Source of the DNA: Narcine bancroftii | Taxonomy: Eukaryota | DNA length: 64,000 nucleotides | Direction: 5' to 3' | NCBI RefSeq assembly: GCF_036971445.1 | Contig: NC_091477.1 | Coordinates: forward strand, 97,278,001 to 97,342,000 | Part shown: piece by piece, positions 1-13,095 of the stretch | How the letters are laid out: each line of letters begins with the position of its first letter | Position numbering within the stretch: position 1 is the first letter of the stretch | Translations under genes and position numbers: made by a program | Notes under the pieces: model-generated | Told to the model about the DNA's origin: nothing | What the model saw: the letters and a program-made list of their open reading frames with translations, nothing else | Database searches by the model: none

Positions 1-183
1 CCATAAAATAGTCCAGCTCTTTAAAACATTCAGATTAAGGTGACAACTGAGAAAATATTGATATAAAAGCCTACTTAAACATGCCATAAAATAGTCCAGC
101 TCTTTAAAACATTCAGATTAAGGTGACAACTGAGAAAATATTGATATAAAAGCCTACTTAAACATGCCATAAAATAGTCCAGC
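1..183. repeat. Perfect tandem duplication, 83-bp unit, ~2.2 copies (may extend left of the window)
   Basis: ccataaaatagtccagc...cttaaacatg at 1-83 and 84-166, then partial copy 167-183; copies are identical. Confidence 0.95.
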
Positions 184-349
184 AATTCAAAAAAATGTAA
201 TGCTTATAAGCCTGTGAAGTTTACTATTGAAAATAAAAATATTATATTGAGTTGGTTGCATAAAGTTTAATATTTGAAATAAATGTCTAAACACAAAGCA
301 TGGAAGAAATATTGGTTCAAAGAGGAGCCTTTTTTAATCCTATTTTTTC

Positions 350-840
350 TTTTGCAATCTTTTTATTAAACATATTGTAAGTAAACAATACATGAGGAGA
401 ATAGAATACAGAATTGAAGAGCAAAAACAGAAACATCAATATATTGCAATATTTAATACAACGTATAACATATTGAACAATATTGTCCTTTTCTCCTCAA
501 TTTGGAATATTCAAAAAGAGAAAAATAATGGTTGAAACCCCATCTAACCCACAAAATTAAAAAAAAGGTTGCGCAGCCTAAACTGAGAGTTTACTACAAC
601 AAATCAATGCCAACTGTTTATCTGGTCCTTGCCAATTAAATAACAAAAGAAATCCAGAACAGTCTGGAAGGTGAAGTCAAACTACAAATTAACTCACATG
701 AAAAGAGTTGATAAAAGGATGCCAAGTCTCTTCAATCTAACAGAGGTATCAAAAGTGCAGCTTTCTAAATGCTTTTCTAAACTTCAACACGGCATAACTT
801 GAGAGAGCCATTGCATCGTGTAGGTGAATAAGAATCTTGA
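350..840 (-). mobile_element. Degraded L1-like LINE 3' end in PEX5L intron 1
   Basis: T-rich tail near 350; the minus strand near 700-830 resembles the L1 ORF2 C-terminus seen in other copies in this window. Confidence 0.4.
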
Positions 841-1679
841 CTGTTCCTTACTAGGATTCTGATTTATTCTTTGCTTACATCTGACATCATCATTTCCTGT
901 ATGTATTGAAAGAGACAAAGGAAACATCTCACCTATTTATATCACAATTAAACCTTTTTTTCAATATTACCCTAAAACGGATTCTTTACGGTTGTTCCCA
1001 GGATCTGCATTTCTAGGCTTTTGTTTTAAAATAGAAAATCCACTACAGTGTAACTAGAAAAGTTGTTTAAAGTTGCCCCTGTGTCCCTTTATATTATTGT
1101 GTAGCTCATAAAATATAGGATGAACCTCTCGGTTTGTGTGTATTTAGAACATCCAAAATATGGAAAAATATTTCAGAAACCTATGAAAAAAATATAATAC
1201 CCAGCAGAAACCGTAAATCTGAAATAAAAACAAAAATGCTGGTAGTGCTCAGGTTTTATTATTTTGTGAAGGGAGAATTTCAGACAATTGGGAAAGCAAT
1301 GAATACTTTTCCCAACGTTAATTTTGCTTGTGTGATGCAAATGCAACTTCGATTGAAGGTAAAACAGGTCATTTTCCACAACACTACACATGAGGTTCAC
1401 TTCGAAAAGTAATGTTGTGGCTGATCCAGTGCGCCTATTTTACGCGGTCACGAAGCCTGATTTGAATTGGTCACTTAAGCTAAGAACTGGGGGTTCAATT
1501 GGCAGAAAAGGTAATCAAATATGATCAAGGGAGACGCTGTGCAGTTGTTACATTTCCTTGATCTTAATAGAAAATTAAAACGGAAGTGTCAAATTCTTGA
1601 TAAAGAGAATGTTTTTTTTAAAAAAGGCATTGGTAGAAGTAACTGAGAAATTGAGGCTGAAACAAATGGTCAGGATCAT

Positions 1680-3150
1680 TTTCGGGCTGCACCCGACCTG
1701 TGACCACTCGCTGGTAGGGATTTGCCGCTGCATCCGAGGCAAGGAGCAAAAATGATCCATGACAGCGAGTCGCGCAGATGGGAACAAAATTAAACGTTGA
1801 GAGGAGAACATCGCCGACCGTGTCTGATTCGACACACTTCGAGTGTTAGGGTGGACAGGACAGTGCGTGATTGATCTACTTATTCTCACAACACAGGTCC
1901 CCGTTGTCATGTGGCCACAATATGCCACGAAAAGAAGTGACTTGAGAGCAAGTCCCACTTTGCTCGCTGAACGAGCCTTCCCTTGCAGGGTAGGGAGTGC
2001 GGATTGGGTTTTCACCGGTGGGTTGCACATTTGCAATGAAATTAACAAGCAATAACTAACACCATGTGTTGAACAACTGCCCATCGTGATGACAGCCTCG
2101 CAAAACCATTGTGAGCGGGTTTAAGATCGTAAGCTCATGAGGTTCGAGTTGTATGGGGGGGGGGGGGGGGAGAATGGGGGTTTTTAGCAAATGCAACTCC
2201 AAACATTAACCCCCCCCCCCCAAACATGTCCTGGTGACGACTTGTTTGCGCACACACGCTCCCTCTCAGCACTCCAGCATTCTCAATATGTGGCGTTTTC
2301 GGACTTATTTCAGATGTGCGATACTTCCAGGTTATTCACGTGGCTGTAATTACAAGGCTCGACCGAAAAAGCACGTTTTGCGCTTTCTAGAGCGAACTGA
2401 GCAGTCCGCGGAATACATGCAACCGGGGCACATTCCTTCCCGTCTCCCACCAACCCTTCTTGCCCTTGAATCGACGCGTGCTGGGCATATTTCGGTCACA
2501 TACTTAAACGTATGAAACCCGTGCAGTCGAATCAAAGCTATACTGCAGTTCAACGTTAACGAGATGGGAAATCCGCCTTCTTTGCGAAGAGAAGGCAAGG
2601 CCTTTGACGAATGCACTCCAGCAATTTAACCCCCAATTATCTCCCTCTTGAAAGCACCACCGAAAACTTCGGTCTGAATTAAATAGTCAGCGGTAACTAT
2701 TGCAGACAAAATGTCCTATCTTAACCTTGACAATTCCTTTTCATTTTGCATGCCATTTGCTCGTTTCACTCTGAATTCAATGGGTTTGGACTCTTTGAAA
2801 CCAACGTTCATGCTGAGGTTACCTCCAATTTATTTCACTGAATTACAGACGCACACGGCTCCCGCACTGACCTGCATGTGGCCCTGATACATCCTGGCCG
2901 GCTTCCTCGCTGCAAGAGCCCTGCGCTTCTCGCTGCTCGCAAGCAACTCTCTGGCAGGGGGTGCTTCTTCGGGTTTTCCGTCGGCTGTCTGTTCAGAGGT
3001 GACTTGAGGAGTGACGACGGCGCTGAACCTGCGGCTGGCGCTGTTACTGGAACCGCCTCCTTGTCAGCCCATCTCCACCGCCCCCCGCGGCTGTACCCAC
3101 CGCCTCCTCACCTGCACCCTTCGGCAAGCACGTGTGCCGACACCCGCCCT
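1680..3150. promoter_or_regulatory. CpG-rich island covering the PEX5L promoter, exon 1a and start of intron 1
   Basis: Visibly higher CpG and GC content than the CpG-depleted flanks; free of transposons; contains the first coding exon. Confidence 0.7.
2872..2892 (-). CDS. PEX5L: PEX5-like protein / TRIP8b (HCN channel auxiliary subunit), first coding exon 1a, MYQGHMQ; the gene continues left of the window
   Basis: Minus strand reads gccaggATG TAT CAG GGC CAC ATG CAG|GTCAGT, with A at -3 and a phase-0 donor, in a CpG island. MYQGHMQ is the exon-1a N-terminus of mammalian TRIP8b (recognised from memory). Confidence 0.9.
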
Positions 3151-3159
3151 TGTCATATA

Positions 3160-3688
3160 CCTTGTATCTCCTTCCCTCCCCCCCTCTCCTGTACCCATCC
3201 CTGCCATCTACCCTCTTACTCCTATACCCACCCCTCTCATCTATCCTGTACTTTCTTCCCCAGCTTTCTCTCCTGTGCCCACCCCTTTTATAACTTGTAC
3301 CTCCTTCCCTGCGATCTCCCATACACATCTCTCTTGTTCTTTGTACCACTTCCCCCATCCTCTCTCCTGTGCTCAACCTTCTTGCATCCTGCACTCTTCC
3401 ATCCCCTGCACACTGGTCCCTTCCCTCTCTCCTGTACCATCCCTCTCATTACTGCACTCCTCCATCCCTGACCTCTCTCCTGTACCATCCCTCTCATTAA
3501 TGCACTCCTTCATCCCTCTCATTACTGCACTCCTCCATCTCTGACCTCTCTCCTGTACCATCCCTCTCATTACTGCACTTTTCCACCCCTGCTCTTTCAC
3601 TTCTCATCTCTCTCATGAACTGCACTCATCCATCTCTCTCCTTTCTCAGTGCCCAATCTTCTCACTTGCCTTGAACTCCTCCATTATC
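3160..3688. repeat. CT-rich low-complexity tract with a ~48-bp minisatellite (about 3424-3590); resumes at 4790-4930
   Basis: Repeats of ctctctcctgtaccatccctctcattactgcactcctccatc; this explains the Pro/Ser/Leu-rich spurious ORFs. Confidence 0.85.
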
Positions 3689-4781
3689 CAATAGCATCAT
3701 TAGGATTGGTGACATTCAGTGCGGTAACTCTTAGTGTCACCACCTCCCCCCCCCCCCCCCCCCACATGGACATCCTCCAGTACCAGACCATACAGAATAC
3801 TTAGAAATGTTTTTATACTAATATTACTTGTAAATTGTAATTCCCATATATCACTGAATGTAATGGCAATAGTAATGAGATAAATAACTAGCAAAATTAA
3901 AATTATACCTTTAAATTACAATATCATTCACACAGCCTATAAGTATTTCCATTTGCATAGTTTTACATGGTTAAAGTGAAAATTCAGTAAGAAAACAATA
4001 GAATTCAAAATAAAAATGTTTAAGAACAACATCAAAATTATGTTGATTTTAACGTTAAATGTTACATGAGATACATGAATGGATTAGGTTTGCATAATCA
4101 ATAATGGCCCCAATAATGTAGAACTTGTAGACAAATGCATATGCAAATATACTCATGGAATAATACCATAAAAAGAAACAGGGACAAATACACAGGCATT
4201 TCAGCACTTAGTGAACATCTCAACTAATTCAGAACTTTCCTAGCTTTCAAAGCTGCGAACTTGTGAATCGCTTATTCAAAAGTTACAACATTATTAATAT
4301 CTGAGTGGAAGCCTTTTTGCTTTTTCTCCTTCTTTTCCTTTAATTATTACTTCATTCTCAAAAATTTTATTGATATAGGTTCACAAATACTAATTATCAC
4401 AATATTGTAGCTAAAACACCAAAATTTGACAAAATCAATGACTAAAAACACCAGCATCAACCAGAAGCACATACAGACAAAACCATGTGATTTGAAGCGT
4501 CATTATAATTGGATAATAAATGACAGCTCTGACCAGAGCACATGAGAAGGTTCAAAAACTAAATTAGCATAGAGTTGTAGCCTTGTAGGTATATTGATAC
4601 ATGTAAGCTGGGCTTACGAAAAATGATTTTATTCTTATAACTAACTACAGAGATATTTTTATTAAAAAATAATTAATTTCTGCTGAAACACTGCAAGAAA
4701 TTTTTAAAGACAGTCATTTTGGTGTCACCACCTCTGACGGTGTCACCCAGTGCGGTCTGCACCCCCCTAGTGACACCAGTG
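3689..4781. mobile_element. Non-autonomous hAT-type DNA transposon (~1.1 kb)
   Basis: Perfect 8-bp TSD ccattatc (3681-3688 and 4782-4789); imperfect TIRs caatagcatcattagg / cctagtgacaccagtg; subterminal gtgtcacc motifs at both ends; AT-rich interior. Confidence 0.85.
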
Positions 4782-6714
4782 CCATTATCTCCTCCGTTGT
4801 GTGTGCTCGTCCCACCCGTATCCCATTCTCCTCCATCTCCATGTGCTCACCCCTCTCACATACCCAGCACATTTCCATTCCCTGCCCTCTCTCACGTTCC
4901 CCAATGGTCACCCTGAACTCCTCCATTATCTACCTTCAGTCATGTTCACCATCTCAAAAGCCCAACTGAATTCTCACACTGAGGTAGTTTTATGCTTGGC
5001 ATCACTTATATTGTTATCTGTCCCTCTTTTCCTCTAGGATGGATTGTTAGAAGTAAAAACAGACATTTAATGTAAGTTTCAGGTCTTTATTATGGTTATA
5101 TTTTGCTTTTTCAACTCTTTATTTCTTCCTGCCAGCTAATATTGCAGTATTTATTTTATTTTGCACAGTACAGGATTTGCCATTAAAAATCTAATGCACT
5201 GATAAGTGATTTGTAGGCATTCACAGACATTTCTCAACACTCTTCTCCACTCAACTGCAGCACATTAAACTCAACTTGATTCATGCTGCTCATACACTCT
5301 CTACCAGCTTTTCTCTCTTTCTTCATTCCTCCCCATTCCTGCCCCCAGTCTTTACAACATTTTGTCAAACCGCACAATAGCTCTTCAACTTCTCGCAGAG
5401 GAGGGCGGAGAGGCAGGAGGGACATCAAGTAGAAGGGGTGCTCACCAGAAATCAGGAAGGCCAATGACTGAGGGATCTGCTCTGTAATACATTTGGCAGC
5501 TTATTCTATTTTTCACTTCTCGAATGAAATCTCAACTTGGAGTTGTCACACTGCATGAGTGAGGGATATTGTCTTGACGATGCCCTGATGTCTTTGTCTA
5601 GCTTTGCATTACCTTATAACCATTTCACTTTTCTTTCCTTAATGGGTTCTGCTGTGGAGTGGGTCCTGCATCTCCTTGAGCCATGTTTGTCAAGCTTCAA
5701 CTGCACAAGACTTTGTGGAAACAGTGTTCAATATTGGTCTCTTTATTTAAGGAGAAGTAGATTTATACTGTAATTAACTAGAGAAGGTTAACAAATTATC
5801 CCTGGAGCTGAAGGGGTTGATTTTTGGATGTGATGGGAGTGATACTGTGGTTAACACTTGTAATTCTAAGGCTTGGATCTGTAATCAAATTCCATTAATA
5901 CAACTGTGAAATTTAAATACACTTAATAATCTGAAATGAGTTATTCATTTTGATAACTACCAGTTGTTGTCATTCACCCTTGTCTTTTGGGAAGCTAGGT
6001 ATATGGTCTAGATATGACTAGACTCCCAGTGTTATTGACTTCCAATGGCCTATAAAGCCCATTAGTTATATCTGCAACAATAAAACCACAAAAGAATAAA
6101 ACAGATATTGACTTTGGCCCCAATTTGAGCATGGCAAAGTCAGTCCCAGCTGACTTCACAAAGTTCTCTATACAATCATTTGGGAATTGGTGACAAAATG
6201 AGGAAAGTTGTCCACAAACTAGTCAAGCAAGAGCATAACATTCTCACAGATATATACCTCAGTGCCAATGTGCCAGACTTCTCCAACACAATCCTTGAGT
6301 ACATTCTGAACCATCAGAGTGAGAGAGTCTTGAAACATCAGATAAAACTAATGTTCAGCACCAAGACAGGGCACGTCATACAGGGAAGACAAATGGCAGA
6401 TAAATCTATTTGGCCTCATATCCACCTCTCTATTCATGGCTGCATTGGTAGAGTGACTGCCATGCTGTCCTTGTAAAAGAAAATGAAGGCTGCATCATGA
6501 CTGCACCACAATGACACTACCATTATGCTAACTAGAAAAAAATACTTTGAACAAATAGCAACCCAGAACTATGGACCATCAGAGGTAGAATACCAGCACA
6601 ATTTCTAACATCACTGCCCAATATATCCCTCTGCACTGTTATCAATAAACAGAAAAATAAAATCCCTCCTGTATTATTTGTGTACAAAATGACAAAGGGA
6701 ATGTCTGCCTGTAG

Positions 6715-7127
6715 TCTCATGAACTGAGACCACCCACAAATTGGAGGAACAACACCTCATCTTCTGACTGGGGACCCTCCAACTGGATGGCATTAATAAA
6801 GAGTTCTCTTGCTTTCTTTACCCCCCCCCCCCCCACTTCTCCTGTTCCTTTCACCCAGCTCTATCTTTCTCCCTTTTCCCTGTCTCCTTTTGCATAGACA
6901 TAATCAATTCTCAACTCTCCCCTTAGCATTATCCAATTAACACAGTTTGTTGTTCTGAACTCCTCCCCCAACCAGCACTCTCTGTATTTTGAGATTTCCT
7001 GTTTTTTGCTCATTCTACTTATTCCTTGAAGAAGGGCTCAGGCCCAAAATGTCAGCAGTATATCTTTATCTCCTATGGATGCTGAAAGACCAGATGAATT
7101 CCTCTAGCATTTTAGTGTGTTTTTATA
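6715..7127 (+). mobile_element. Penelope-like element 3' fragment (end of GIY-YIG domain plus pLTR with degenerate hammerhead core)
   Basis: Reads KLEEQHLIF*LGTLQLDGINKEFS, then ccttgaagaagggctcaggcccaaaatgtc and the typical tail. Confidence 0.8.
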
Positions 7128-7349
7128 ACTCATATACAGAGAAGCAATACATAGGCAGGACAAGTATTGATATAAACAAATAAATAGATCTAATCTGGTA
7201 ACTCTCAAACATAAACAATAATGGAAATTGTCATTGACTGTACTTTCAACTGGAATTGAACATTACGCAATCATTCATGAACATCCCCAAAATGAACCTT
7301 ACAAATTAGCTGCTCATCAATATCAGATCCACTCTCCTCCAGAACTCTT

Positions 7350-8510
7350 GAGTTGAATTGCAGAGGCAAGGTGAAAGTGACTGCCCTTGATATCAATACA
7401 TTTGACTGGGGTGGCATCAAGGAGGCCTGGAAAAACTCAGATCAGTGGGTAGCAGGGGAATTTATACCAGCACAATGAAATAGCCTCTGGTTATCCAAAG
7501 TCAATCATCTCAGCCCCAAGTCAGCACTGTGGAGTTCCCTCTGACACAGGATGTTATTGTGGATGTTCCTCAAGCGCAATCATCTTCAGATGCTTTATCA
7601 ATAATCTGTCATCATAAGGTTCAATATGGGGATGTTCATGAATGATTGCGTAATGTTCAATTCCAGTTGAAATTCTTTTGTGAATTAAACCATCTATGAC
7701 TGCATGGAGTAAAAACACAATGCTGGAACCAGACCAGGACATAATTTCACCGTGCAAGTAATATTCATGCCACAAAAATAAAATGAGTATCTCCATGTAC
7801 CCTAAACATTTAAGGTCATTATTTTTTCTGTGTCACTCACCATCAACCTTTTTGGGGTCACCAATGATCAGAAATGCAACCAGACCACCGTTTAAGTACT
7901 GTGGGTGCAAGTTCGGAGTCTTGACGTTTACAGCCATTCACTCACTTCCTGACAACTCAAAGCCTTTCCACCATCTGCAAGGGACAAGAGTGTGATGGAA
8001 TACTCTCCATTTGCCTGGATAAGTGATACTCAGGTATTCTCAGGGATAATCATTCTCAGGAAGCTTGACACCATCAAGAGGAAAGCAGCCCAACTGATAT
8101 ACACCCCATCAATCATTTTACTCCTTTACTAATGGTAAAAAGTGGCAGGAATGTGCACCTTCAAACAAGTAAATGCCCTGCAGTTACTTGCTGAGGCTGA
8201 CAGGACTTCACAAGTCTGACAGTTCTTCCCATATCCATGGTCTCTACTAAAGACAAGGGTAACATGTACATGGGAGCACAACTAGTTAAAGGCTCCCCCT
8301 TCAAGTTGTCTGCCAATTTGATTGAGAGATCCATCTCCATTGTTGCTGTTAGATCTAAATCATGGAACTCCTTACTTCCCAGCACAGTGTCTTCACCAGA
8401 AAGACTGCAGGGTTCAAGATAGCAGCTTGTCATTTAACCTCATGGTCAAATAGGGGTGTACAGTAAATTCTGGGCTTGTCAGCAATGCCAAGATCCCAAA
8501 AGTTGAATTA
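7350..8510 (+). mobile_element. Old CR1/L2-group LINE, RT region to 3' end (5' part probably at ~5840-6480)
   Basis: Frameshifted RT motifs such as TALDI...FD..WHQG.LEKLRSVG and IFRCFINNL. Confidence 0.55.
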
Positions 8511-8614
8511 AACAAAAACAAAAAAAGGAGTTTCAACAAATTGGAGTATAGTAACTGGAGTTTAAAAGTGTGAGAGATGACCTTATTAAAAATGTAAGTG
8601 TATGTGAGGGCATC

Positions 8615-8905
8615 TTTCTCTCATGGTGGAATCTGTTATCTTGGGGCAGAGTTTTAGCAGATTTGGTTGTCAATATAAAGGCGAAATGAGAAGGAACCAG
8701 TGGATGTGAAGCTTTGAAATTCTCCATTCCAGAGAGCTGTGAAGAGAAATTATTGATTGTATTCAAAGCTGACATCAACATATTTTTGGTCTATGTGGAA
8801 AACAAGAGTAATGGTGAACAAGTAGGAAAATGAGACTGAGGCTTAGATCATATCAACTTATTGAAGAAGGCTTAAGAAGCCATGAGATCTACTCTTGCTC
8901 TTATG
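8615..8905 (+). mobile_element. CR1-type LINE 3' end, degraded
   Basis: Similar to the CR1 3' ends at 20545-21628 and 48162-49712; ends ctactcttgctcttatgttc. Confidence 0.6.
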
Positions 8906-9021
8906 TTCAGCAGATGTAGTTGGGCCTTATGGAGATACAAAAGGGCAAGCAGTCCTGGGTGTTAAACAAATTTATTCTCACATACACCAGCTAAGAAACA
9001 GACACACCAATTAATATAGAG

Positions 9022-9395
9022 CAGTCGTTTCAAACTTTTTACATCCACTCACATACCACTTTAAGTAATCCCTATGCCATAGGTGCTCTGTGATTAGTAA
9101 GGGATTGTTTAAGGTGGTATGTGAATGAACAGAAAAAGTTTGAAAACACTGTTTTAATTGTACTTAATTGACTCCTTATGTGCACGGTTTCATAACTCCA
9201 AGGAAATGGGCCAATAACAATTTTTCTCAAGCAAAATATTTCAGTAACAATTGGGTCTAGAGCAGTGGTTCTAAACCTTTTTTCCCCCCACTCACATACC
9301 ACCTTAAATAATCCCTTACTAATCACAGAGCACCTATGGCATAAGGATTACTTAAAGAGGTATGTGAGTGGTAAGAAAAAAATTGAAAACCACTG
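9022..9395 (-). mobile_element. Compound hAT element (MITE-spacer-inverted MITE), reverse orientation relative to the 18391 copy
   Basis: Two ~130-bp hairpin modules flank the same spacer as at 18521-18632; TSD atatagag / atatagaa (7 of 8). Confidence 0.85.
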
Positions 9396-11924
9396 ATATA
9401 GAATGACCTGCATCAGATTATTCAGTAGTACATAGGAAAAAAGGTTTAGATAGCCCAAGTTCTGGAGGAGGAGATCACCAACTCACCATACAAGGGTCTG
9501 TGTCATCTCCTAGTTCTCAGGCAATGAGAGAAGACTTAAGGTTGAGTATGAGAAACTAATTAGTGCATTGGACTGCTTGTCTGCCAGGAATCTTTTACAT
9601 AAAGTCAGAGAGTATGAAGAAGTCTAATGTTAACTAGACTGAGTACTAAGAAGGAGATGGAACCATTGCAGGCAATTATAAAATATTCATTCAGATCTGG
9701 AACATGTAAATTCCCAAATGAAGGAATCTTTGATGGCAGCATAAGGAGAGTCATTAAATCTCAGCACCTTTCATCTGGCTTGGCATCTCTCATTTTCAAA
9801 ATGTAATGGAAAAGGAAAACATGTTTGATTTTTGGGCATCACTTAACTGCCTTAACCCCTTGTTTAACATTATGCAGTTGGTTATTGTAATTTCGCATTC
9901 TTGCAAGGTAACTGAAAAATAATGAGGCTGCATCTGACAGTTGACAAGTCAGTTGACTCAGGTTAAAACAGCTTCGTACTTCCTGTTCCCCTGACTGCTG
10001 ACAGAGTCAATGGCAGGTTATGTCTTTTAAGAGTCTTTTAATACTAATTACATCTCAAGAATATATGCAAAGAAAGATATAAGAAATCTAGATCCACTTA
10101 CCCAATTTAACTGTTTCTCTCTCCACAGATTCTGCCTGAACTGCTGAGTATTTCCAGCATTCTCTGTTTCATTTTAGTGTCTCCTGAAAGACAAAGAGAA
10201 AACTGTCTCGCTTCCCCAAAATCATATAAAATTAATGTATTCTCCATATATTCATTTGCTTGGGTAATGAGGGGATATCTTAATTGATGTAGAAGTGTTA
10301 ACCACTCCCTGTTGGTGAACTAATCTTCCTGCATATCCCATTTTATTTTTTGTTTCTTCCTAAATAATATAAATTGATCCCTCTCCTTCAATATTTTGCT
10401 ATGTGCAGCCACAAGTGCATGAAATGAAACTCTTTGCTCCTCAAGGTCACTTGAATGCCATACAAATTTCTTTTAAAAATATTTTTATTGATATTTTTAC
10501 AACTAATAAAAAAGGATAATACAATTCTGAAGTGTGCTACAAGACCGGGAAAAAAAGTTATAAAAATGATCATAAATACAAAATTTTTCAAGTATCACAA
10601 AAATATATTCTTTAATCCTTGGTGAGGCACCAATATGGTAAAGTTTGTAGAAGTACTGTTGAGGGATATTCAGTAATTTGGATGAATTCTATCTTTAATT
10701 GTCCATAAGCAGATTTGCTTTATTAGAGCAATGAGCTATTTCAGTCTTGCAGTTATTGCTTAGGCAAAAGCTGGGTTTTTTAGGTTAGGCCTCTACAAAT
10801 TACCATGAAACATCCCATGTATGATTGCAATTTTTTTTTGTTCTTGTTTTCATGGTATTAGTTCAACTCCAGTGAAAAACAAGGTCTTACAAATTCTATT
10901 TCATTGTTCAATGTATTATGCATATATAATTTTATCTAAAACTCCAATATGTATCCAAGTGTTCACATTGTGCTTATAAAAATTATAGCAGTTTAATATG
11001 CTTGTGATGACCTTAAACTGGGAAGCAATAGGTTTGTCTAGAAAAAAATGTGCATGTGAACAGTGTAGGTCTTCAATGCAAGAGCTGTCCTTGATTAATG
11101 CTCCAACCTTTCATTCCTTAAGATGGTCCAAAGGCCATCTATTTTTAATATGAAGCCTTTCTTTCCTTTAAGGAGCCCTTATGATTCCTGATGTTTTAAG
11201 AATTTCTGCCATAACAAGAGATTGTAGAGGCAGGTCCTTACTTTCAGTATGACTGACCTTACTGCTAGTTTAATGTATGATTGCATACATTGGGTCTGAA
11301 ATCCATAATTTTAATGCAAAGGCTTTATTGCAATTGTCCGACTGAAAACTCAGTCAATACGAACCCAGATTACCTTTGCACCACAAATCCAAAGGGTAGT
11401 TTTATGCTTAGGAAAAATTCAAATTCAAGGTGAATTCTAATTCTAATTCTAGGTGAACATGAAATTCATCAGCTGCTTAAAATCTGAAACCAGATGTGTT
11501 TGGATTTTTGATGCCATTTATATTTTACTGAAAAATTTTTTGCTCCTTTTGAACAATTGGTGGTAAAGTTTAACTTACTAAACATGCATTTTTTTAGATA
11601 TTTACCAGTTAGATATTTCGCTCAATCTTAGATCCATGACTTTCTGCAAATTCCTGAGGCAAATATTCTTGATTTACAACTTTCTCATAAAGGTCCAATT
11701 TAAGAATGGCCTCTTTCACTCTTTATTTTGGTGGGGGGGGGGGTTAGACTAACTTTAAGCTAGGTCATTAATGTTGTGTACTAATTTGGGGGGGGGGTTA
11801 GTTTATTTAGTCTGCTGATGTAGTATTGTAATTTTTATTATCTTATGTTTAATCTTTTTACTGTAACTTTCTATTTTATTCATGTTATAAAATCTTAAAT
11901 AAAGTTTTTTAAAATAAAAAGAAA

Positions 11925-13095
11925 GACTGGGAACAGGATTTGAATCTTTCATTCAATTATGAGATTTGGGATTCTGTTTGCGCTTTGATTAATACAACCT
12001 CCCTTTGTGCATGACATTTGTTACGAACCCAGAGAACCCCAAAACCCAGCAGCAATAGATATTCACCATGACAAATAGTTTCTTAAATAAAAGTTGCTTT
12101 TAATTATCTTTAAGCATGAAAATAGAATTAAACTTGAACTTATCTCTATTGACTTACTTAACCTAACTGAACCCCCTTCTAATTCTAATTTGTGTGTAAG
12201 TTCAGAGAAGTTCTTTGGTTCACAGTCCAATCTCACTTCTCATTCCTCCAAGTTCACTGGATGCAAGCAATTCTTATACTGTGCACAGAATTTAACATTT
12301 ATAAACTTCACCAGGCTTTGGTGCTTGAAAGGTAAATGGTTACCACTCAGGAAGGTTCTTGTCGGTTTTCAGAGAGAGATTTGTTGTTCCTTTTTAATCA
12401 ACCACTTTCAGTATCTTGCTGATGAAACTTGCCCCTTCAGGGTTCTCCAGATGATAATCTCATTCTTCCAGGTCACCAGAGAGTTCCTTTTTGTTTCTCT
12501 TATTTCAAGTGAAACATTAGACAGCCAGTTCTCTGCTCTTGCATGAACCATAAGGGCTTTGACCAGGCCATCTTACAACTGGGCTTTCCAAAAGCTTGCC
12601 AGCTTGTCCTGTTTCAGTCCCAGCTGCTGTCTGCTGGCTGTAACACTGTACAAGTGATCTCTGTGTCTGTCTGTCTGTTTCTCTTTCTCTGAGAGAAAAG
12701 CCTGCTTGGAAAACCACATGACCCTCTCAGAACAGCAAGTTCTCTTCCAGAGAGCAGTGGCTCCAACATGCTCTTTCATCTGTTGCCTTTTGTAAACAAC
12801 AATCCATTAGTGAAGTCTCTTAAGCATTCTTCAAAAGCTCTTGCAAAAGCTCTGGAGTCGATAAGTCTACCATGGGGGAGAGCTCCAGTATTTTAAATAA
12901 GATCTGTTTTAAAGTGTTTGTATGCCACCTACTCTAACAAACCTTTTCCAAGTTATCTCCTAAAAACATATATATATATTTATATATATATACACACTCC
13001 ATTATTGCAATTTAAAGTGGTCCATAGAATACATATATCTAAAGTTAAATTATCTCATTTTTACTCTGATATAAATCCTCTATTTGACAAATATT
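11925..13095 (+). mobile_element. L1-like ORF2 C-terminal fragment interrupted by a solo LTR
   Basis: LINTTSLCA*H on the left continues as LLQFKVVHRIHISKVKLSHFYSDINPLFDK on the right of the insert. Confidence 0.7.
12019..12994. mobile_element. Probable solo LTR (~0.97 kb)
   Basis: Starts TGTTAC and ends ACA; cleanly splits an L1 reading frame; possible 4-bp TSD catt/cact; no coding capacity. Confidence 0.6.

Noticed and set aside
1575-2084. 169-aa minus-strand ORF in intron 1
   Set aside because: No recognisable domain or splice support; likely a chance ORF in GC-richer sequence
3010-3030. ttcagcgcc on the minus strand as a possible REST/RE1 site
   Set aside because: Only the left half matches; GGACAG is missing at the required spacing
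2878-3600. Long ORFs on both strands near the promoter (197, 177 and 116 aa)
   Set aside because: They come from GC-rich UTR and CT-rich low-complexity sequence; no recognisable protein
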